This document shows positions 25,505 through 32,000 of a DNA stretch of 32,000 bases, in pieces. This DNA is from Promethearchaeum syntrophicum (GTDB lineage: Archaea; Asgardarchaeota; Lokiarchaeia; Sigyniarchaeales; Promethearchaeaceae). The stretch is from positions 1,020,001 through 1,052,000 of the forward strand of contig NZ_CP042905.2 in the NCBI RefSeq assembly GCF_008000775.2, in the 5' to 3' direction. Within the stretch, counting starts at the first letter, position 1, and every line of letters begins with the position of its first letter. Both the position numbers and the translations under genes were made by a program. The notes under the pieces are model-generated. The model was not told the origin of the DNA. It did not search any database and saw only the letters and a list, made by a program, of their open reading frames with translations.

Positions 25505-26827
25505 TTGACAATTTTTACTGGATATATAATAGCAAGAAAATGGTTTCTTATTGAGAATATCTATATTTTATCCACCCTACATAAAATTTTCGAGTGGTTT
25601 TTCTTAATCCTTCTGATTTTCCATCTGATTTTAACTTCAAAGTATTTTTCCATCAATTGGGCAAAAGAGATTCATGGTATGAGAAATTCAAGGAATCGAA
25701 AAATTCACCAATTGAGGATTCTACAGAGAATCACTAGTTGGTTGATTCTGATTAGTGTATCGCTTGTTGTATTGACTGGATTGCACAACTATCAATGGTT
25801 TTCGTTAACTCTCGGACAATTTTTTCTGTTTAAATATCATTCAGTAGTAGATGGATTTCTAACAATTTTTATACTCATTCACTCGGGATTGGGAGCAATT
25901 AAAGCAATAGAACGTAAGAAAGAGAAATTCGATAGAAATAATATTTATGTATATATGATAATGTTCTTATTGATTGGAGGGACCGTCTATTTGGAAGTTT
26001 TTCCTTATATCCTAGGAAACGATTCTATTTCCCAAAATCCTTCGAATATTTTAGAAAGTGAATCCATTGTAATAGGAGATCAAGTTTTTAATTTCAATCC
26101 TCTTGAAATACAAACGATCCGGGAAGATCTGTTTAAAAATGGTTCGTTTTCTGTATTTGATATATTGGTCTATCTTGACAATTTAGGTCAACTCGATTTG
26201 GATTACCATTTCAATGGAACGTTGAACACTTATGTTATTGACAATTTGGAACAACAAAATTTATGGTGGTATAAAATAAAATATTCAGGAGGTTGGGATG
26301 AGAAAAATGTTTTTCGAATGGATCATTATCCATGGAAGGTAGGATCATCTGTGACCCTTCAACCCGCTTCTAAATCTACACTAGATCAAATTTATGCTAC
26401 GTACCTTGAAGAAAATGAACGTTTGGTTTCAAACAATGGAACAGTCATCATTCCCAAAGTTGAAATTAATGGAAGAACAATAAACTATAATTTCTATAAC
26501 GTCACAATAAATCCACACAATTTACGTAATGATACATTCCAAGAGGGGGTAATAACTGCTATTGATATCATTATGAGTTTGGTTGATCAGGGATTAATAA
26601 GCTCTTATAATCTACAATGGTATGATGAAATAGGTACTGCTGAATTTGTTAGGAGTTATTGGGTTGAAGGGATAGAAAACGATAATGCTTACGGAACTTG
26701 TGGTTTTGTTTATGAATCGGGAGATACTGATTTTCCATTCTTTGATGGAAATCATATTCATCTTCCTTCGGATACTCGTATCTTGAATAATCCGGAATAC
26801 TCCAGATGGTTCTGGATATGTCTTTAG
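25505..26827 (+). CDS. Membrane protein with N-terminal His-containing TM bundle (possibly b-type haem binding) and large C-terminal extracytoplasmic region
   Basis: Roughly four TM helices carrying His residues (LHKIFEWFFLILLIFHLIL, TGLHNYQWF, FKYHSVVDGFLTIFILIHSGLG), then a soluble region with two similar modules (SVFDILVYLDNLGQLDLDYHFN... and ITAIDIIMSLVDQGLISSYNLQWYDEIGTAEF...). The frame is open upstream of the TTG at 25505 and encodes more hydrophobic residues (WFLVLFSIL), so the start is uncertain. Confidence 0.7.
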   Translation: MTIFTGYIIARKWFLIENIYILSTLHKIFEWFFLILLIFHLILTSKYFSINWAKEIHGMRNSRNRKIHQLRILQRITSWLILISVSLVVLTGLHNYQWFSLTLGQFFLFKYHSVVDGFLTIFILIHSGLGAIKAIERKKEKFDRNNIYVYMIMFLLIGGTVYLEVFPYILGNDSISQNPSNILESESIVIGDQVFNFNPLEIQTIREDLFKNGSFSVFDILVYLDNLGQLDLDYHFNGTLNTYVIDNLEQQNLWWYKIKYSGGWDEKNVFRMDHYPWKVGSSVTLQPASKSTLDQIYATYLEENERLVSNNGTVIIPKVEINGRTINYNFYNVTINPHNLRNDTFQEGVITAIDIIMSLVDQGLISSYNLQWYDEIGTAEFVRSYWVEGIENDNAYGTCGFVYESGDTDFPFFDGNHIHLPSDTRILNNPEYSRWFWICL

Positions 26828-26973
26828 GCAATAAATAAATTGAAAAATTTAACTAGTAAGGGGAAATATAATCTTCTGCAATTTTTTTATATAGATATTG
26901 AGAATGAACGGGAGGTTTTCTAAAATTGTTCCATTTAAATCGAGAATTACCCCAATTTTTTTTTTTTTATTTC

Positions 26974-27082
26974 ACCCATTAAACACTTAGATGACAAAAT
27001 TAATTTAAATAAATTGGTAGAGATATAATGCTGACATGCAAAATACCGATTTGAGTGTATCAAACTTAAGATTTGAATTTTA
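26974..27082 (+). repeat. Copy B of the ~110 bp imperfect direct repeat
   Basis: acccattaaacacttagatgacaaaattaatttaaataaattggtagagatataatgctgacatgcaaaataccgatttgagtgtatcaaacttaagatttgaatttt; direct orientation relative to copy A. Confidence 0.85.
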
Positions 27083-27246
27083 AATTCTGTTTTGATACAT
27101 TGAAATCAAATTATGGATAAGATATTCTTTTTTATTTTATTCATTTAAAATTCGACGACTAAACATCATTAAAATTCAAAAAATTCATAATATCTAATAA
27201 CATATATTTATAGTAAAAACATTTTAACAAAGAATAAGTGATAATT

Positions 27247-27684
27247 ATGGCAAGAAAAACAGCGAATAACTTAAAAAAGGGCAATTATTTTATTTTCGAA
27301 GGAGAACCCTATTTAGTTTCAACCAACGACCATAGTAAGTCGGGGAAACACGGACATGCCAAGAGTCGAATAGGCTGTCAGGGTTTATTTACAAAAAAGA
27401 AGAAATCTATGACATTTACTGCAGATACAAGTCTAGACGTTCCTGAAATTGAAAAAAAATCTGGGCAACTCGTAGACATTGATGATCAAGGGCAAATTGT
27501 ACATGTAATGGATCTGGAAACTTATGAAACCATGGAATTAATGTACCCTTTTGAGGAAGATGAATTAAATTTAAAAAAATTAGAGGAATTAATGCACGAT
27601 CATGATTTACAAGGTGAAACCACAATTGAATTTTGGACAGTTATGGGGAAATCGTTCGTAACGAGAGTAAACCTACCTAAATAG
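27247..27684 (+). CDS. eif5a: Translation initiation factor 5A (aIF5A)
   Basis: MARKTANNLKKGNYFIFEGEPYLVSTNDHSKSGKHGHAKSRIGCQGLFTKKKKSMTFTADTSLDVPEIEKK, with the hypusination loop SGKHGHAK. The ORF opens at 27238; ATG 27247 matches the family start. Confidence 0.96.
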   Translation: MARKTANNLKKGNYFIFEGEPYLVSTNDHSKSGKHGHAKSRIGCQGLFTKKKKSMTFTADTSLDVPEIEKKSGQLVDIDDQGQIVHVMDLETYETMELMYPFEEDELNLKKLEELMHDHDLQGETTIEFWTVMGKSFVTRVNLPK

Positions 27685-27743
27685 GGATATCAAATTTATT
27701 TTTTTTAGTTTTATCAATAAAGGGAATTTAAGGGGAATTTCAT

Positions 27744-28679
27744 ATGGATGAAAATCTTTTAAAGATCAAGCCGAAAAGCGAGGGTGATAATCGAGCTGTA
27801 GCGATAGCCTGTCGTTTAGATAGCCCAAAAGCTTTAAAGGTAGTTCAATTCATTACAGATTATTTATTGGCAAGGAAAGAAAAAATCTCATATGAAACGC
27901 GTATCTCATCAAAGTTCATTCGTCATTTTGCAAAAAACCTAGAAGATATGACTATTCATAATACTAAGTTCTTAATCTCTGTAGGAGGAGATGGGACGGT
28001 TTTAAGAATAGCTCATAATTTACCTAAAGTGGATCCTCCGTTAATTTTGGGTGTAAATTTGGGAAGTGTGGGATTTTTAGATGAATCAGATGCGGACCCT
28101 AAAATCTTAAAGAAAGATTTGGATAAAGTACTCAAAGGGGAATTTTTCATTGAAACAGCTTCAAGATTATCAACTTTTATCGGAAAACATAAACTTCCTT
28201 TAGCATTAAATGAAGTGCTCATAATTTCTTCCAAACCTTCAAAAGTGTTATATACAAGCATCGAAATTGACCAAAGTTATTTTACTTCCAGTTATTTAGA
28301 TGGTTTAATAGTCTCAACTCATACAGGGTCATCAGCTTATGCATTATCTGCTGGAGGGTGTTTAATGGATCCGAGGTTGAATGGATTTGAAATCGTTCCA
28401 CTCAACCCGTCTGCAAGTACTGGAGTGTTTCGTCCTTTGATTGTTCCAGATTTCGCAGAAGTAACCATTAAACTTGAGAGAGCGAGATTAAATGGTCTGG
28501 TTATCATAGATGGACAGGCAGAGTATAAGGTTAGTCCTCAAGTGTCTATTAAGATCTCACGCTCTGACAGTGAAATTCGATTCATTCGTTTTAAAGAGAA
28601 TGTATTAGGGTATTTCAAAAGAGTTCGGGAGAAAATCCTATTTTCGAGAAATATTATTGAAAATAGTATCGATAATTAA
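27744..28679 (+). CDS. nadK: NAD kinase
   Basis: FLISVGGDGTVLRI, LILGVNLGSVGFLDE, NEVLIISSKPSKVLYTSIEID, DGLIVSTHTGSSAYALSAGG. Confidence 0.95.
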   Translation: MDENLLKIKPKSEGDNRAVAIACRLDSPKALKVVQFITDYLLARKEKISYETRISSKFIRHFAKNLEDMTIHNTKFLISVGGDGTVLRIAHNLPKVDPPLILGVNLGSVGFLDESDADPKILKKDLDKVLKGEFFIETASRLSTFIGKHKLPLALNEVLIISSKPSKVLYTSIEIDQSYFTSSYLDGLIVSTHTGSSAYALSAGGCLMDPRLNGFEIVPLNPSASTGVFRPLIVPDFAEVTIKLERARLNGLVIIDGQAEYKVSPQVSIKISRSDSEIRFIRFKENVLGYFKRVREKILFSRNIIENSIDN

Positions 28680-29257
28680 TGGAAAACAAAGATATGAAGC
28701 CAAATTTTAATATACTTAATTTTGTGATTTTAGATAATACAGCCTTCGTATCAAATTTGGATCCTAATCAATTATTTCATCAAAATCCTGAAATATGTTT
28801 TTATATTACATCAAGTGTATACGATGAAGCTTTAGCCAATCCTAGATCTTCACAGAGAATAGAAATAGCGGAAGTCCAACAAGTATTAAAAGTTAGAGAT
28901 CCAATGCCGGAGTCTTTGAAAATTGTTAGCGATATCGCAGAAGAAACGGGGGATATTGCTGCATTATCTAAGACAGATCAGGAGATTATGGCATTATATC
29001 TTGATTTAATAAATGATTTTCCAGAACAAAAAGGATTACTTATTTCTGATGATTATTCCGTTCAAAATACCTGCGTTCAGTTAAAAATCCCCTATTATTC
29101 ATTTCAGAAACAGGGGATTAAAAAAAGTATTAAATGGGAGATTTACTGCCCTAATTGTTTTGAAATATTTTCCCCTAGATTATTAGGAAAAGAATGTGAT
29201 CATTGTGGAGCTACTCTCAAACGGAGAGCATTTAGGGGAAAAAGAAGGAAACTTTGA
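28679..29257 (+). CDS. nob1: Nob1-like PIN endoribonuclease with C-terminal zinc ribbon
   Basis: FVILDNTAFVSNL (PIN N-terminus), TGDIAALSKTDQEIMALYLDLI, and YCPNCFEIFSPRLLGKECDHCGATLKRRAFRGKRRKL. Its ATG overlaps the nadK stop (taATG). Confidence 0.9.
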   Translation: MENKDMKPNFNILNFVILDNTAFVSNLDPNQLFHQNPEICFYITSSVYDEALANPRSSQRIEIAEVQQVLKVRDPMPESLKIVSDIAEETGDIAALSKTDQEIMALYLDLINDFPEQKGLLISDDYSVQNTCVQLKIPYYSFQKQGIKKSIKWEIYCPNCFEIFSPRLLGKECDHCGATLKRRAFRGKRRKL

Positions 29258-29338
29258 CCTTTAAATATGCCTTAGCTAAATTAAATATATTAAAGTAAAT
29301 ATATTTTGTATATTGGTAAAAGATAAAAAAGTGATATT

Positions 29339-30388
29339 ATGGGAGTTAAACTGCTAGAATTAATCAAAGATGTAAAAAAGATAATAACGTTTGAGAATTT
29401 ACTTAGTAAGACAATTGCTATTGATGCTTTTAATACCCTTTATCAATTTTTGGCAATAATTCGCGGTGTTGATGGCACACCACTAAAAGATTATAAAGGG
29501 AATGTAACTTCGCATTTATCTGGTATTTTTTATCGAACACTTAGAATAATTGAAAAAGATATCAAACCCATATACGTTTTTGACGGTCCTCCCAATCCAA
29601 TGAAAATGGCTGAAATTCAACGTAGAAGAATTATTAGACAGGATGCGGGAAAAAAAGCAAAAGAAGCTCAAGATTTAGGTAGAATCGAAGAAGCTGCCAA
29701 ATTCGCGCAAGGATCGAGCAAATTAAATTCATCGATGATTGAGGAAAGTAAAGAACTTATTGCAGCAATGGGAATACCTGTAATTCAAGCAGCTCAAGAT
29801 GGAGAGGCACAAGCAGCATTTTTAGTTCAAAATGGGGATGCTTGGGCTGTAGCTTCCCAAGATTATGATTCATTCCTCTTCGGGGCTGATCGAATTGTGC
29901 GTAATCTATCTCAAAACAGACAACGAAAAGTCAAATCAACCACTATCACTATAGACTTGGAATGGTTTAATCTCAATCAGATTTTAGACCATAACCATAT
30001 TACAAGGGAGCAATTAATCGACATTGGAATATTGAGTGGTGTTGATTTTTTTCCAGGAATCAGTGGAGTGGGAACCAAAACCGCGTTCGATCTTATCAAG
30101 AAATATGATAATCTGGATATAATGTTAGAAAAAAATATTGTAGTTCGCAAGAAACCTATCAGTGAAAGCATAAGTTTAGATACAATAAAGCAAGTTAGGG
30201 ATATTTTTCTTAATCCAGCGATTAATAAGGATTATCAAAAACCAAAATGGAAACATCCAGATAGTGATAAAATAAAGGAAATTCTTTGTAAAAGACATAA
30301 TTTTTCCCTAGAAAGAATAGATAATGCTTTAATTAGGTTAAAAAAAAAAGCGGGAACAACTCAGAAACGTATTGATAGTTTTTTTTAA
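29339..30388 (+). CDS. fen1: Flap endonuclease 1
   Basis: TIAIDAFNTLYQFL, YVFDGPP, AAMGIPVIQAAQDGEAQAAFLV, ASQDYDSFLFGA, LIDIGILSGVDFFPGISGVGTKTA, and terminal PIP box QKRIDSFF. Confidence 0.96.
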   Translation: MGVKLLELIKDVKKIITFENLLSKTIAIDAFNTLYQFLAIIRGVDGTPLKDYKGNVTSHLSGIFYRTLRIIEKDIKPIYVFDGPPNPMKMAEIQRRRIIRQDAGKKAKEAQDLGRIEEAAKFAQGSSKLNSSMIEESKELIAAMGIPVIQAAQDGEAQAAFLVQNGDAWAVASQDYDSFLFGADRIVRNLSQNRQRKVKSTTITIDLEWFNLNQILDHNHITREQLIDIGILSGVDFFPGISGVGTKTAFDLIKKYDNLDIMLEKNIVVRKKPISESISLDTIKQVRDIFLNPAINKDYQKPKWKHPDSDKIKEILCKRHNFSLERIDNALIRLKKKAGTTQKRIDSFF

Positions 30389-30454
30389 TTGATTATATTC
30401 TAGTATCAATAAATATTTACGAAAGTTTAGACTAATTAAATGTGAAAATAAAAG

Positions 30455-32000
30455 ATGAGCACACAAGGAACTCCTAAGAAGAAATCATCCAAATCGAAAA
30501 ATACTCAACTAAAATTGAAAGTTCAGGAAGCCCGCAAAAGAGACGTAGGACGTAGCATCATTCGATTAGACTCCGATTCGATGAAGCAATTATCTGTTAA
30601 TACGGGAGAAATTATTGAAATAAAAGGAAAGGAACGGACTACTGCTGCAATAGCATGGCCTTCCTACCCTCAAGACCAAGGATTGGGCATCATTCGTATT
30701 GATAGTCGCGTACGGAGAAATGCTAATGTAAAAATCGATGATTTCGTCAATGTAACAAAAGTAAAAGAAGTTACCTCAAAATCAGTTATTCTTGCCCCTA
30801 TTTCATTAAAAATAACTCCAAATGTTCGATTCGAGAGTTTTGTTAAAAGAAAATTACTTAATTTTCCAATTTCTAAAGGTGATTTAATTTATATTAACAT
30901 TGGCATGACCAAGGAAATCGTATTTCGAGCAATTTCAATTAAACCTGCCGGGATCTCTATTATTAAACAAACAACCCAACTGTCAATCAACGAATCTACT
31001 TCAGAAGAAATCCCAACGGGAATTGCTTATATCACTTATGAGGATATCGGTGGGTTAGATAATGAGATTCAGCAAGTGAGAGAAATGGTCGAACTTCCAT
31101 TAAAACACCCTGAGCTTTTCATACGCTTAGGAATTGATCCTCCTAAAGGTGTTCTATTACGTGGACCTCCTGGATGTGGCAAAACTCTTCTAGCAAAAGC
31201 AGTCGCTAATGAAAGTCGTGCTCATTTTATTTCTATTAATGGTCCTGAAATTATGAGCAAATTTTATGGTGAATCTGAGAAGAAATTAAGAAGTTTGTTT
31301 AAGGAAGCGGAAGAAAAGGGACCTAGTATTATTTTTATCGATGAAATTGATGCGATCGCTCCTAAACGCGAAAATGTTACTGGTGAAGTTGAACGTAGAG
31401 TAGTGGCACAACTGCTTGCTTTGATGGATGGCTTAGAAACTCGAGGCAGGGTTGTTATAATTGGTGCCACGAATCGACCTAATGCTGTGGACCCCGCATT
31501 GAGAAGACCCGGACGTTTCGATAGAGAATTAGAAATAAAAGTCCCTGGGGAAAAAGGAAGATTAGATATCATCCATATTCATACCCGTAAAATGCCTTTA
31601 GATAAAGATGTTGCCCTACGCGAAGTTGCCCGAATAACCCATGGATTTGTAGGTGCAGATATTGCAAGTTTAGTTCGCGAAACTGGAATGTATGCCTTAC
31701 GTAGGTACCTTCCAAACATCAATTTAGAGGAGGATGATGTTGATCCTAAAATCCTTGAAAATATGTTTGTTGAAAAGAAAGATTTTGATAACGCCTTTAA
31801 GGAAATTATCCCATCAGGAATTCGTGAGGTCTTTGTTGAGATCCCAAGTGTTCATTGGAATGATGTTGGAGGATTAGATTATACAAAACAACAATTAATC
31901 GAATCAGTAGAATGGCCCATTAAAAACCCTGCTGCTTATATGAGAATGGGTGTGTCTCCTCCAACAGGTGTTTTATTGTATGGTCCACCTGGTTGTGGAA
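30455..32000 (+). CDS. cdc48: Cdc48/VCP-type AAA ATPase (truncated at window end; N domain, D1 and start of D2)
   Basis: N domain [29 protein letters not shown]1: [81 protein letters not shown]2: [34 protein letters not shown]. Absent from the ORF track because no stop lies in the window. Confidence 0.98.
   Translation, partial: MSTQGTPKKKSSKSKNTQLKLKVQEARKRDVGRSIIRLDSDSMKQLSVNTGEIIEIKGKERTTAAIAWPSYPQDQGLGIIRIDSRVRRNANVKIDDFVNVTKVKEVTSKSVILAPISLKITPNVRFESFVKRKLLNFPISKGDLIYINIGMTKEIVFRAISIKPAGISIIKQTTQLSINESTSEEIPTGIAYITYEDIGGLDNEIQQVREMVELPLKHPELFIRLGIDPPKGVLLRGPPGCGKTLLAKAVANESRAHFISINGPEIMSKFYGESEKKLRSLFKEAEEKGPSIIFIDEIDAIAPKRENVTGEVERRVVAQLLALMDGLETRGRVVIIGATNRPNAVDPALRRPGRFDRELEIKVPGEKGRLDIIHIHTRKMPLDKDVALREVARITHGFVGADIASLVRETGMYALRRYLPNINLEEDDVDPKILENMFVEKKDFDNAFKEIIPSGIREVFVEIPSVHWNDVGGLDYTKQQLIESVEWPIKNPAAYMRMGVSPPTGVLLYGPPGCG

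Noticed and set aside
31264-31572. 102-aa minus-strand ORF opposite the AAA ATPase
   Set aside because: Antisense to the conserved D1 domain of Cdc48.
1-32000. CRISPR arrays, rRNA and tRNA genes
   Set aside because: No regularly spaced repeats and no tRNA or rRNA-like segments were spotted by eye. A tRNAscan-SE or Infernal run would be needed to exclude small RNAs.

Overview
The window is a gene-dense, AT-rich archaeal segment. Its informational and eukaryote-like genes suggest an Asgard archaeon: a Rab/Ras-like GTPase, L38e and L40e, aIF5A, Nob1, FEN1 with a PIP box, Cdc48-type AAA ATPase, SRP54 and GH57. That assignment is an inference. Most genes are recognisable housekeeping families. 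The less ordinary loci are: (1) a DMT/EamA-like transporter with a C-terminal Lrp/AsnC-type RAM domain, followed tightly by two stand-alone RAM proteins; (2) two tandem, divergent IS200/IS605 TnpA-like genes whose HUH motif reads H-x-E in both and whose catalytic Tyr aligns to Phe in one, with no tnpB nearby; (3) a phosphohexomutase-like protein with degraded active-site motifs next to a sugar-nucleotide transferase and divergent from a GH57 enzyme; (4) a truncated duplicate of the srp54 5' end, with an LRR gene lying between it and the intact srp54; (5) a ~110 bp imperfect direct repeat flanking a His-rich membrane protein gene; (6) a secreted PPC/Ig/PPC/caspase-like protein; (7) an AbrB/PIN toxin-antitoxin-like pair; and (8) a Cdc48 homologue with GPPGCGK Walker A motifs in both ATPase domains. 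All family assignments come from reading motifs by eye; no database search was run.
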